Assembly (NCBI GenBank): GCA_020725315.1
Contig: DYFG01000001.1
Location: 17,015-81,014 of the forward strand
Origin: Nitrosotalea sp.
GTDB lineage: Archaea > Halobacteriota > Syntropharchaeia > Alkanophagales > Methanospirareceae
DNA length: 64,000 nt
Direction of reading: 5' to 3'
Shown in pieces: positions 27,753 through 37,736 of the stretch. Positions within the stretch are counted from its first letter, which is position 1. Every line of letters starts with the position of its first letter. Below the pieces are notes generated by a model, which was given only the letters and a program-made list of their open reading frames with translations, was not told where the DNA came from and searched no databases. The position numbers and the translations under genes were made by a program.

Positions 27753-30155
27753 TTAACTCTCGCTGTAGGATACCCATGCGCTAATGAGAGATTGCAGCGT
27801 CGCAAAATGTGCGTCTGCAATTGCCTGTTTCGTGCGAAGGTCCGCGATTGATGAGACAACCACCGCTCTAATCCCATCAATCGCCTCGCGGATTTGGTCA
27901 GTAGTGACACCCAGGTTGGTGCTAAGGTCCAAGCTGGTCCATTGGGTCGGATTAGTGCCAGTGAGTTCTTTGGGTGACATAAAATAACTGTTCGTTACCG
28001 CAGAGGTCACAGAGCCGGTTAAAGAGCCGATTAGCGTATCGGTTATTGTCTGATTGCTGCCAGTGCCTGCCAGGACCGCGATCCCGGTACTCGACCATAC
28101 AATATTTTTTTGAAAGGTGCCGTTGTCCCCATCAATGACCATGCCACACAGCACGTCGCCCAGGAAGTTTCCTCGCACCTTACCATAGGTAGGATCGTGC
28201 CAAAAATGGATAGCATATCCCTCTCCGCCGATGAAGATATTTTCTTCGATCAGCGGCTCATCTTCCGCCTGGGTTATGTCATGATTAGTGTAATAAAGCG
28301 AGTGGTAATGGACTCCGCTACCGCACTCAATGAAACGGTTGCGATAGATATGGACGCGGGTAAAGTCTGAACCAAGACACTCCCAAAAACCGAAGAAGGT
28401 GTTGTACCGGACTACGCAATCAGGCTTTACATGCACGTGCTGGTTGGGGGTTGCAGGTGCAGCAGCCTTAGCTCCCCCGATCCAACACCCTTCCAGCGTC
28501 GCCCCGCTATTTACAACTACAGTGGGCGCATAGCCATCAGTGCGAGTGATTATGGGCTTTGCTCCTGCTGCTGCCTTGAGCGTGCCGCCCGCTGGAATGT
28601 TAATATGATAGCCGTTTACCGTAGTGGCCGGGTCGAGGGCATAGATTCCGTCGGCAAGCTCTACGATTCCCCCTGCCGCCAATTCCGCATAAGGGAAAAC
28701 TTGATCGCCAGTCACGGACATCGGCTCCATCAAGACGGGGTCGGGCTGGGAGACGCCGCTACCGGGGCCAAGATAAAGCTGTGGGTTAGCGTAGGCCGAA
28801 GACGAGATCGGATAACTTTGCAACCCTTCAGGTGATGTTTCTGCCGGGTATACCGCCGCGATTGCCGTTGCGGTATCCTGGTGCGACACATCCAAGATAG
28901 CACCGCGCGACGTCACCGTTTTTCCTGAGCGCGATAAAAAGCGGTGTTGTGTGCCTTCGCACATCACGTCGATGCCGGTCGGCGTCCCCACGTTCAGCAC
29001 ATCGGTCCATCCAGCAGGCACAATTTCAGAGCCGCCAACAACTTGTCGCACACAATAATCCCAGGCCGTATTTGTCTCGTTGCGCCGTATAATGGCTCTC
29101 CACTTATTATCTTGATCACCAATGCGGTAGTCGATGGATACTTCTTCGCCTGCCGATGGGGCGTCATTGAGTACAAACGTAAAACGATGTATTGCGTCGG
29201 CTGACGCTTCATACTGCGATCCAGACACTGGCTCGGTTTCGTAGACGGTGGCAAGCCCGGCGTCCGAATTGAACGGCGCTCCAAGAGCAAGCACCGCAAT
29301 TGAATCCATCTCGAATTTGTCGTTGGTAGATGTTACTCTGGTATACACATCTCCAAGGTTGTAATCATAGTATCGCGGTTTAATTAAGGTGAGTTTTGAG
29401 GTGGTGCAATTAATGTATAATACCAAAGTGTCGGTATAAATCACCGCAAACCGACGCTGGTCGCTGTAATAGCCAGAGAAAGTCTCTAAAAAGGAGAGAT
29501 AGGATGGTGAGATACGGTCTACCGGCACTCCCAACTTTTCGTTGCTAAATCCAACGCGCATGTTAGACCCGCCAGCGGTATAGTTCGTGCTAAATAATAG
29601 AGCTAACCCAGGGACAAATGGGGTTGGGCTTGCGGTAGTCACTGATATGTTGGTGGTGGCAGTTTTCGCCAGTTTGCCATTGGCAATCGAGAGGTCAGGC
29701 GCTCCCGCATCGGAAAATTCTAAGACGCCGGGACCGGGTTCACTTGTGCGTGGTGTCGTTATCGGAGCCGCATCAGCGGTTGTAAACTCATCACGCAAAA
29801 TATAGAGATCGACGGCAAGGCTAAACTGAGTTGCCGCCTTGTTGGCATTACCAGCGAGATCGGTACACACCGCAGCAGGAATGTCTACGGTGACTATGCC
29901 AACATCAATCGTTGGTGTGATCGTCGCTGTCCAGACGGTGTTATCTGCCGTGACAAAGTTTGACATCACGCAGTTGCCGAGCTTCACATCGCTGTACGCA
30001 AATCCGGTAACTTCATCGTCAAACGTGATAATAATCGTAAACGGCCCTTTGGTGGGCGCAACCGCATCGCTCGTAATCGTTACGGTCGGCCCGCTCACCC
30101 CCTGCGCCCCCCGGAACGCCGGATTGTTCAGCAGCAAACCCATCATTCCCGGCAT
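27753..30155 (-). CDS. large virion-associated protein: N-terminal Ig-like region, C-terminal right-handed parallel beta-helix (pectate-lyase fold); putative depolymerase or fibre
   Basis: 800 aa. C-terminal PbH1-like repeats NIFIGGEGYAIHFWHD..GNFLGDVLCGMVIDGDNGTFQKNIVWSSTGIAV. GC-rich relative to the backbone. Confidence 0.5.
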   Translation of the reverse strand: MPGMMGLLLNNPAFRGAQGVSGPTVTITSDAVAPTKGPFTIIITFDDEVTGFAYSDVKLGNCVMSNFVTADNTVWTATITPTIDVGIVTVDIPAAVCTDLAGNANKAATQFSLAVDLYILRDEFTTADAAPITTPRTSEPGPGVLEFSDAGAPDLSIANGKLAKTATTNISVTTASPTPFVPGLALLFSTNYTAGGSNMRVGFSNEKLGVPVDRISPSYLSFLETFSGYYSDQRRFAVIYTDTLVLYINCTTSKLTLIKPRYYDYNLGDVYTRVTSTNDKFEMDSIAVLALGAPFNSDAGLATVYETEPVSGSQYEASADAIHRFTFVLNDAPSAGEEVSIDYRIGDQDNKWRAIIRRNETNTAWDYCVRQVVGGSEIVPAGWTDVLNVGTPTGIDVMCEGTQHRFLSRSGKTVTSRGAILDVSHQDTATAIAAVYPAETSPEGLQSYPISSSAYANPQLYLGPGSGVSQPDPVLMEPMSVTGDQVFPYAELAAGGIVELADGIYALDPATTVNGYHINIPAGGTLKAAAGAKPIITRTDGYAPTVVVNSGATLEGCWIGGAKAAAPATPNQHVHVKPDCVVRYNTFFGFWECLGSDFTRVHIYRNRFIECGSGVHYHSLYYTNHDITQAEDEPLIEENIFIGGEGYAIHFWHDPTYGKVRGNFLGDVLCGMVIDGDNGTFQKNIVWSSTGIAVLAGTGSNQTITDTLIGSLTGSVTSAVTNSYFMSPKELTGTNPTQWTSLDLSTNLGVTTDQIREAIDGIRAVVVSSIADLRTKQAIADAHFATLQSLISAWVSYSES

Positions 30156-30207
30156 ATCGTCACCTCGCCCTCGCCTTTATTCGTTATGAGAATGGTCATT
30201 CTAAACA

Positions 30208-30669
30208 TTAGCTAATCAAGCTGTATTGTACTAGCAAATCAGTCTGATCTTCATCAGCACCAGTCGCATCAACAAACAAAAGGCGTACATACGGGAAAGG
30301 AAAAATCTCTGCCCACAAAACAAGCGCATTAGGCTCTCCTGCAACAAGAGTCATTTCAAATGGTGCGTCATTTGCAGTATCCATCAACGTAGCAAAGTTC
30401 GCAGGATTACCATCTGTTGAAACTTGAACACGAAGAACACTACCCGCAATAAAATCGCCCGCAATTACAACACCCACAGAAGCCCATCCACGCTTGTCAA
30501 TTACATCTGATACAGCACCATTAACAGTCATCACATTGTAGGGAGACATAAGACGGGCGGGAAGAACCGTTGCAGCATCTAGCCCCTCTCCTACAGAAGT
30601 AGCTGTAATGTCTCCTGATCCTACAATAGTTACAGGATAGGCGTTACCTGCCAAAGTACCTCTGCTCAT
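30208..30669 (-). CDS. hypothetical protein after the major capsid gene (possible decoration or connector protein)
   Basis: 153-aa ORF. Synteny only. Confidence 0.3.
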   Translation of the reverse strand: MSRGTLAGNAYPVTIVGSGDITATSVGEGLDAATVLPARLMSPYNVMTVNGAVSDVIDKRGWASVGVVIAGDFIAGSVLRVQVSTDGNPANFATLMDTANDAPFEMTLVAGEPNALVLWAEIFPFPYVRLLFVDATGADEDQTDLLVQYSLIS

Positions 30670-31247
30670 TATTCTTCTTCCTTTTCAGGTTCATCAATCC
30701 GAACTATATACGTAGAAGAAAAACTTCCTTCTTTGATATGAGGAACAGCAGTCATCGTAGAAATAATATTACCCGTAGAATCTATAAATTGAATCACTAA
30801 CCCATCTTCCGTCGCCGTTCCTATGGTTTCTACTTTTTCGCCTACCTGCCGCAACAAAGCATCCGTCTGATCCGCCCGTTCTCTAATAAGTTCTTCTAAT
30901 GTGTCTAGCTTTTTGTCATAAGACGCAGTTACAGAGGTAATTAATCCAGTAAGCGCACCCAAATTTTCACTAACCGTACTTAATACTTTCGTGTTAGCTT
31001 GATAAGCTAACCGAACAAGCTTTCCTTCTGCTATACTTTCTGCCACCAAATCAGTGAGGGTTTGTTCTAGTCGAATCTGTTTTTCTTCTAGCCCTATTCT
31101 AGCAGAATCCTCTTTACTTTTGCTGGTTGCTTGATGATAAATTGTTCTCGCCAACCACAGCATAATAACTACTAAAGCTCCCGCTAAACCCCCCTCTAAA
31201 TTTGAATCATCGATTCCCAAGAAGTGGACGCCAAGTAGGAAATACAT
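30669..31247 (-). CDS. hypothetical protein with N-terminal TM segment and coiled coil
   Basis: 192 aa, GALVVIMLWLARTIY followed by heptad-rich sequence. Acidic C-terminus EPEKEEE. Confidence 0.3.
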   Translation of the reverse strand: MYFLLGVHFLGIDDSNLEGGLAGALVVIMLWLARTIYHQATSKSKEDSARIGLEEKQIRLEQTLTDLVAESIAEGKLVRLAYQANTKVLSTVSENLGALTGLITSVTASYDKKLDTLEELIRERADQTDALLRQVGEKVETIGTATEDGLVIQFIDSTGNIISTMTAVPHIKEGSFSSTYIVRIDEPEKEEE

Positions 31248-31303
31248 GAATAACTCCTAGAGGGGGGTAGTTTAATACCCCCCTCTGATTACTAGATTTA
31301 TAT

Positions 31304-32773
31304 CTAACTCGTCAAGTTGTATGGCGCATTATCCCGAACCAACACACCACCATTCACAAAGTAGTGATCGTCAGGATGCGGCATACGCATTGCCTTGAGC
31401 GGCGTGTACAGGACATTCTGTAGACGAGCCGCCAAGTGCGGAGTCTGAAGGCGAAGGCGCGGTTCAATCTTGGCAGTCCACGACACACACCAGTTGGTGC
31501 GGCTGAACGTCCACAAGAACCGACCCCCATCCGTCCAAAATTCGTTGTTCAAACGCCCATCAGCAATACCCTGCATCACGCCATTAGCGGCAGAGAAGTC
31601 AAAGTATTCAAAGTACAACACCGGACGAGAACCACGAACCGTAAACGGAAGCAGATAAATATCACTCGAAAAAGAACCAGCCGGAACATTCGCGTTTTCC
31701 GCATTAGTGTCAATAGGCATATAGTCATCGACAATCACCGGAATACGCATACCGTCAAGCTCAAGATAGTTCCCATTATACATTGCATCAGACATGGCAC
31801 GCATCGCCATAGCATCAACATTGCTGCTAGGGGCACCATTGGGAAGATCGCCAGCCTGACCACAACGACCCGTCGCGTAAACGCAAGGCCAGTAATCAGT
31901 GAGAATACGGAACAAAGCTTCTGGCATCACCAGCGCCCACTGTACCGGATTCATCCCCATCGTAGTCGCATTATGCTTTACATAGCGCCACATCGTTTGC
32001 AACGTATAAAACAGACTATAAGTTGAATCTTCAGCTGAAGCGTAGTTGAAATCAACAATGTATGAGTCAAGCGACGGACAGGACGTTCCCGTAATCACAT
32101 CGGTATGTCCCGTCTTCACCAACGATTCAAGACCAAAAAATTCCTTATAACCACCACCAGCTGTATTGTTAACCGGAGTACCCGTCCACAGCATCTTGCT
32201 AAGCTTGTTCTCAAACGCCACGCCAAGCATCAGCCAACGAGCAAGAACCTCTCGGTTCAATACTGAAGCAGTTGAGTTAGGAACACTGTCAGGAACGAAA
32301 AACCCCTGATCCAGAAGCGGATCGTTAACAAGCTGAAGGTCCATAAACTCGCCACGATTGGTGCGACGGCCCACGGTATTCAGTTCAAGAGGTTCTGTCT
32401 TGCGACTCACCCGCCCAAAAACCGTACCCTGCATACAGCTTTTAATCTCGCCAGCTTCCGGCGGCTCGTCACAGACACCGTCGGCTTCATCACCAGTCTC
32501 ATCTGTAAAGCCAGTCAGATATGCCTGAATAGGATTGGTATCGACCGTACCGAACGAAGGAAGCACAGCGCCAAGCCCCGTCCCACGAACACGAGTCGAA
32601 AACACATCCCGTTCGACACCCGGCACACCAAAAATTCCGGTTGGCCCGTGCATATAATTGGTCGTCAAACTAAATCCAGCAGGAAGATCGTGCTTGTAAC
32701 CGACGCTCTTATCCTGCATCTGACTCAGTTTGGAAAATGCACTAGCCAGTTCCGCGTAATCAATGTTTCCCAT
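31304..32773 (-). CDS. putative major capsid protein
   Basis: 489-aa gene lying between the scaffold-like gene and the small downstream ORFs, the expected capsid position. Synteny plus general phage capsid-like composition. Confidence 0.5.
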   Translation of the reverse strand: MGNIDYAELASAFSKLSQMQDKSVGYKHDLPAGFSLTTNYMHGPTGIFGVPGVERDVFSTRVRGTGLGAVLPSFGTVDTNPIQAYLTGFTDETGDEADGVCDEPPEAGEIKSCMQGTVFGRVSRKTEPLELNTVGRRTNRGEFMDLQLVNDPLLDQGFFVPDSVPNSTASVLNREVLARWLMLGVAFENKLSKMLWTGTPVNNTAGGGYKEFFGLESLVKTGHTDVITGTSCPSLDSYIVDFNYASAEDSTYSLFYTLQTMWRYVKHNATTMGMNPVQWALVMPEALFRILTDYWPCVYATGRCGQAGDLPNGAPSSNVDAMAMRAMSDAMYNGNYLELDGMRIPVIVDDYMPIDTNAENANVPAGSFSSDIYLLPFTVRGSRPVLYFEYFDFSAANGVMQGIADGRLNNEFWTDGGRFLWTFSRTNWCVSWTAKIEPRLRLQTPHLAARLQNVLYTPLKAMRMPHPDDHYFVNGGVLVRDNAPYNLTS

Positions 32774-32799
32774 TAGTTATCTCCACCTATCGATCAGGA

Positions 32800-33912
32800 T
32801 TATTCAATCCCTAGATGTTGCCAAAAACCAACCTGCAAAACGGACGGGGTATCAGAAGTTTCTTTTTCCTCTACCTTTCCCTCACGCTTTTGCTTGAGAC
32901 GATCAACAAGCTCCTGATCACTTTCCTCTTCTTTAGTAAAGGCTTGTGGCATATACTGACGCCATGAACGGGCCGTAAACGCCTCTGCAATCTTCTCGTC
33001 TTCAGACTTACTCTGCTGCTTTTCGATAACAGCAATCTTTTCAGTAAGAGAATTAATTGCCTGCCCGTAGCTTTCTAGCACTTCAGCAAGCTCCTCAATA
33101 TTGAGGGCCTTATAAACGCGAGTGTAGACAGCCTGAAAAGGCTCATCAGGAACTTCCTCTTCCGAAGGAGCTTCTTCTACAGAGTCATTAGCAACTTCCT
33201 CTGCCGGAGTCTCTTCGGCAACTTCTTCCGCGTCAGAACTTTCTTCCATTTCCTTGAAAGGAATAATACGATCCAAAATTTCGGAAGCCTGAATTAGATT
33301 CTCTTCCGCCATCTTTTCGTATTCTTCTCCAAAGATTTGACGCAACCAGTTCCGACGCGCCGAACTAAGCTCTTTCCCCATTACAAAATCTCCATAAAAT
33401 GTTGGTTGTGTGAGGACGTTTGCCGCCCACTCATCCGGTAATATTGTGAACTCAAAGCTTCTATATTTCGAAATTATTTTATCATCAATTTCCAAAACAA
33501 TAAAACCATGAGACATACCTAATGAATATTCATTGTTTAGTAGCTTGTTTACAATAGGTTCTTGTTCTGGATATATCTTGCCTAATACCAGCGCAAAGCG
33601 CCCGAAAACTTCTACCTGCAAAACCTCTCCAATAGAAAATCCTTTGAAGACAGTTTTTGTAAATTCATTAAATTCTTCAGTGGATAATGAACCAGACTCA
33701 TGCAACAAAAATGCAGTGTACCAGATTCGATCCGGTATCTTAGGTGCGTGCATGATCGTGATCTGTGGGACAAAGCCTGTTTCTTCAATCCACTGTTTGT
33801 AGTTAATGTGGGATTCCTGAGATAGAATATCCCCTTCTCGATCCACATAACTATTAGAGTAGATTCCTAGAAAATAGCTTTCGCCATTAACCTTAAATAT
33901 AATAGGCCTCAT
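32800..33912 (-). CDS. putative scaffolding protein / prohead protease-scaffold fusion
   Basis: 370 aa. The C-terminal half is acidic and coiled-coil (EESSDAEEVAEETPAEEVANDSVEEAPSEEE). It sits directly upstream of the capsid gene. Confidence 0.35.
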   Translation of the reverse strand: MRPIIFKVNGESYFLGIYSNSYVDREGDILSQESHINYKQWIEETGFVPQITIMHAPKIPDRIWYTAFLLHESGSLSTEEFNEFTKTVFKGFSIGEVLQVEVFGRFALVLGKIYPEQEPIVNKLLNNEYSLGMSHGFIVLEIDDKIISKYRSFEFTILPDEWAANVLTQPTFYGDFVMGKELSSARRNWLRQIFGEEYEKMAEENLIQASEILDRIIPFKEMEESSDAEEVAEETPAEEVANDSVEEAPSEEEVPDEPFQAVYTRVYKALNIEELAEVLESYGQAINSLTEKIAVIEKQQSKSEDEKIAEAFTARSWRQYMPQAFTKEEESDQELVDRLKQKREGKVEEKETSDTPSVLQVGFWQHLGIE

Positions 33913-34445
33913 TTTAAAACCGCTTTCACTATGATTGTTTTAACTCCCAAAACCACCTGCTTATGAATCTTGTTGACAATAAACCCCTCAAAATCTCTTG
34001 CCTCAATTCCAGGCCACCAAACAGAAGTTCGTCCTTTAACTACTGGACCATAGTATAGCCCACCCCCTGATATTCCCCAGCGACCCCCAGGCTGAGTCCT
34101 TGCTCGATAACCCTGTTGGTAGATGAGATAGGGCGCTCTTCGTGCATAAATCTGGTGGCCTGCCACCCCACGACTGATATAGACCCACTTCATACGATTA
34201 AACCCGCCTACCGGATAGACGTAAATCGACATAAACGAGCCACCATAAAACGTAAAGGTGCTTCTAAAAAATGGCTTATTTCGCCAGCCCGTCACTGTCA
34301 GATATAACCAGTTACGAATCAACTCCTTAACTGGTCCTTTGAGGTAGACAGCTAAATCCTTCTCTATCCGATCCCACTTTCTAGTAATATATCCAGCAGG
34401 TAGATAGATAGGAATAATCGTAGCATTTTTAAGTCGTGAGGCCAT
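33909..34445 (-). CDS. hypothetical head morphogenesis protein
   Basis: 178-aa ORF in the head module with overlapping stops and starts. Confidence 0.3.
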   Translation of the reverse strand: MASRLKNATIIPIYLPAGYITRKWDRIEKDLAVYLKGPVKELIRNWLYLTVTGWRNKPFFRSTFTFYGGSFMSIYVYPVGGFNRMKWVYISRGVAGHQIYARRAPYLIYQQGYRARTQPGGRWGISGGGLYYGPVVKGRTSVWWPGIEARDFEGFIVNKIHKQVVLGVKTIIVKAVLK

Positions 34446-35178
34446 GAACTTCTACCTTACTAAATGTATATGGGCTTTCTGCTTCATGATCTAAACAAAC
34501 AACACAATTTTCCGCCGAAGGATTTACGTTCCAATAAACGTAATAATTATCCTCATCTTCATCTACTTCCAACCAGCATTTGCACAACGATTTTCCAAGA
34601 CAGTCGTCACCTGGGAGATAAGGCATCATAAAAGTAATATCGACAGGAATAGTGCCCGCTATAAACGGTGCTCTGGCATACCCATACAGAGAAGAACGCC
34701 ACTGTAGACGACCACTATAAATTACTCCGCTAGACAACGCCTCACGAATGTCTGCCTCAAATCCATCGAAGTATTCATATTCCCTCTCTAAACGCTGTTC
34801 TAAGATTTCCCTGTGCCGTTCAGTAAATTCCTCTCCTTGCAAACCCAACAGCATAAGATCAGAAAAATGGATACGCAGACGATCTCTAAACCGCTCCGAA
34901 AATTCCCTTATTGATAAGGCTCCCGACAAAACAGCGACCAGCAATTCCTGAAATTCTTGGGATGCCTCTTCACAAAGTTCTTCGTATTCCTGTTCGTCCC
35001 GCTCATCATACTGCTTCTTTCCTTTACCAGCAGCATGTATGCACGCGAAAATAGCCTCTTCTTCAGACCCGCCATCTCTCAAAACCGCATTAGCGGCTCT
35101 GATACAACGTTTCTTTTCTGAGACTGTCCAATTCTTAGCAACTTTTGGCACGTAATTGGGATAACGATAGGGACTCAT
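34429..35178 (-). CDS. hypothetical head morphogenesis protein with C-terminal Cys cluster
   Basis: 249 aa, directly after portal. C-terminal CxxC...C..C (CLGKSLCKCW ... CVVC). Confidence 0.3.
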   Translation of the reverse strand: MSPYRYPNYVPKVAKNWTVSEKKRCIRAANAVLRDGGSEEEAIFACIHAAGKGKKQYDERDEQEYEELCEEASQEFQELLVAVLSGALSIREFSERFRDRLRIHFSDLMLLGLQGEEFTERHREILEQRLEREYEYFDGFEADIREALSSGVIYSGRLQWRSSLYGYARAPFIAGTIPVDITFMMPYLPGDDCLGKSLCKCWLEVDEDEDNYYVYWNVNPSAENCVVCLDHEAESPYTFSKVEVHGLTT

Positions 35179-37736
35179 TTCGTAACCAACTCACTTACTA
35201 TCCTACGCGCTTCTTGTATGTCTTTAGCAGTTATTTTTTTGTAGCCCTTCCTCTCAGTATGAGAATCAATGCCACCAACAATCTGATCTGTTCCAAAGGT
35301 AATTTCACTCGGCTGCTCCGTAGGCTGCGAAGATAAACGAGATTCGATCTCAGGTATCATCCATTCTGGTATATCACCTGACTCAACCGCCAACTGCCTT
35401 GCAGCAATCGCATCAATCTCTCCACTACGAACTAACAAAGCACGTTCTTTAGCTCTAATAAATCTCGCCTCTGCCCGTTCCCTGTCAGACCGAATATCCT
35501 GTTCCTTAAACTCAAACCGAACATTATAAGGAAGATGAGAATTTATCTTATCTTCCAACATCGTCATAATCAGGGCAGGGCCTTTACCCCTCGTCTTGAG
35601 ATGGAGAATTTCAGACTGTCCAGATGATCCAAGATTACCGGACATGAGTGGGGCAAACTCTTGATAATCCACACCAAAAGCAAGCGCCAACTGTGCTATA
35701 TACCATTTAAAGGTTGTGTCTTCGTTAAACGAATCTGGTAATGTTGCCAGATCAATGTGAACGTGACTGAGTGGGTGAGTAGGATCAACCCCAGGAATAA
35801 TCACTGGTTGCGAAAAACGATATAAACCACGATTAAGGTTTTGTTCTTCTGCCAGCAACACCGCATCATCAATGTTTGATTTTGATACGCCACCGATAAT
35901 ATCAATGGCGCGAGTAAAGTTGCCGCCTACCTTTTCTTTCTTATAGATGGAAATGTCTCTAAGAATTTGGGCGGCGAGTAGGGCACGGGATGTAGCACAA
36001 TATTGCATGCCATACATTTCTTCGATGGGAGAAGGAAACTCTTCTAACGTTTCTACTCTCCACCAGGGCATTGCATGCTCTCTACCATAAAAGTCTCTAT
36101 AAATAACTGGATATTCTGGATCACCAGTTCGCCAACAACGTCCTGAGTCCAGGTGTGCAAAATTAATCACAGGAGAAGTAGGGTTATTATTATCAACCCT
36201 AATAATTTCCCAAAAGGCGCCATTATCCTGTGTGTTGTGAGAAACAAGATTTCCAGCAATAAAATTGCGAGTTTTGTCTACTCCAATATGATAGGTGGTT
36301 TCTACAACCTTCCCGGTTGCTCCTATATAGTCTTTCTGTTCTATTTTTTCAATTTCATCAAAGTAGATTTTTGCAGGTTCCAACTCCCACACAGAAGGAT
36401 TAAATGGTTTTGTGTGTTGTCCCATCTTATACTGCATAGACGGAATTATATATTCGCTGATATAGGACACCACTGCACGATAACCATCGGCAGTGAAACG
36501 AATCCTATAATACTTGTCCTTTATCGGTTGCACCTTACAAGAAAAACCACGCGAGGTAAGTTCCTCAGCAAGCCATTCAACATCTTCTTTTTCAAATCCA
36601 TCTGTGCATAAAACAGCGTGTTCTGATTGATTGTTTGCTGTGGTAAGTGTTCTCTGGCACGCCCCGTCATCCATAAACCATATTGCAAGCATACGGGGAG
36701 AGAAGTATTTCACAAAGTCTTCCCTATTAACTCGCTTCTTCCCGTCTGGATACCATCTATCAAACCAAGGAGATAGCCCCAAAGAAGCTAGCGAGTTTAC
36801 TCCTATGATGTGTGCTCCTTTTTCTGTGAGCCTAGAATTTTGCCCTGTCCAACCAAACTCTTTTAACAAAGACTTCTTAAATTCTAGATAATCAGACTGA
36901 TCAACAGAGTGTCTAAAGCGGATAATTGCTCTCTTGGTAAAACGAGACATACTCATATCCCCAAGCAACCCGCCCACAAGTACCTCTGCCTGTTCTTCTG
37001 AAGGAACAAGATCAGAAGTACCTATCTTATCAGTAGGTAGCAAGTCTTTAGCTTGTACCCAACCACGATCAGTTAGCATGGGATGATCTTCAGTTAAAAA
37101 GATTCCTCCTTGCTTTCCTCCATGACCATGATTAGTTGCTAGTTTAGTAGACAGGAAATACCATTTACGATTCCCTAGTGGCGTAGAATGCCATTCAGTA
37201 ACCATCTGTTCTACCAAAGTTCCGTCAGAACCAACGCTAATCACAGGACCAGGATCACGATCCTTTACCATTCTTGCTATCGTCTTTGTTTTTCCTAGTC
37301 GATCCCCCCCTAGCTTAACTTTAGTATTACCAGCCAAGCAATAGAGGTCAATACAAGTTTTAAGAATTAAATCGTACCACCCCTTACCACGATTTGATCG
37401 CTGGATAATCTCAGTAACCTTGTTAATTGTATTTTTAGGTCGCGGTTTAGTCTTGTCTGTGCCTTCAATATGCCACGCAAAACTGGCGTTACGAATTGAA
37501 ACACCATAAACCGCGCTTGCCAAAAGGGACTCTGTGTGCCAAAATTCCCGTAATTCCCTATCTCGTTTAACAGGATCTTTGCCCCAGGGCGTAATTGAAT
37601 CGGCAGTTGTCGCCAGTTGTAAAATCAAGGGGCCAACACGCGGCGTCCTGTTATTAGGCGGCGTCTCAACAACAGAGTTTTCAAAAAGCTCTGGTAACAA
37701 TTCTTTTTCTTCTACAAAATCACTACCGACTGCCAT
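35175..37736 (-). CDS. portal protein interrupted by an intein
   Basis: 853-aa gene immediately downstream of, and overlapping, the large terminase gene. The roughly 484-aa extein is portal-sized. The intein is at residues 133-501. Confidence 0.6.
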   Translation of the reverse strand: MAVGSDFVEEKELLPELFENSVVETPPNNRTPRVGPLILQLATTADSITPWGKDPVKRDRELREFWHTESLLASAVYGVSIRNASFAWHIEGTDKTKPRPKNTINKVTEIIQRSNRGKGWYDLILKTCIDLYCLAGNTKVKLGGDRLGKTKTIARMVKDRDPGPVISVGSDGTLVEQMVTEWHSTPLGNRKWYFLSTKLATNHGHGGKQGGIFLTEDHPMLTDRGWVQAKDLLPTDKIGTSDLVPSEEQAEVLVGGLLGDMSMSRFTKRAIIRFRHSVDQSDYLEFKKSLLKEFGWTGQNSRLTEKGAHIIGVNSLASLGLSPWFDRWYPDGKKRVNREDFVKYFSPRMLAIWFMDDGACQRTLTTANNQSEHAVLCTDGFEKEDVEWLAEELTSRGFSCKVQPIKDKYYRIRFTADGYRAVVSYISEYIIPSMQYKMGQHTKPFNPSVWELEPAKIYFDEIEKIEQKDYIGATGKVVETTYHIGVDKTRNFIAGNLVSHNTQDNGAFWEIIRVDNNNPTSPVINFAHLDSGRCWRTGDPEYPVIYRDFYGREHAMPWWRVETLEEFPSPIEEMYGMQYCATSRALLAAQILRDISIYKKEKVGGNFTRAIDIIGGVSKSNIDDAVLLAEEQNLNRGLYRFSQPVIIPGVDPTHPLSHVHIDLATLPDSFNEDTTFKWYIAQLALAFGVDYQEFAPLMSGNLGSSGQSEILHLKTRGKGPALIMTMLEDKINSHLPYNVRFEFKEQDIRSDRERAEARFIRAKERALLVRSGEIDAIAARQLAVESGDIPEWMIPEIESRLSSQPTEQPSEITFGTDQIVGGIDSHTERKGYKKITAKDIQEARRIVSELVTK
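36234..37340 (-). mobile_element. intein with LAGLIDADG homing endonuclease in the portal gene
   Basis: Block A CLAGNTKVKL. Ends NLVSHN with +1 Thr. Motifs LVGGLLGDMSMS and MLAIWFMDDGACQ. Confidence 0.55.

Noticed and set aside
31436-32026. 196-aa + strand ORF antisense to the major capsid gene, plus 36153-36611 and 28431-28835 antisense ORFs in the portal and beta-helix genes.
   Set aside because: Embedded in longer sense-strand genes with coherent operon context. No RBS. Spurious.
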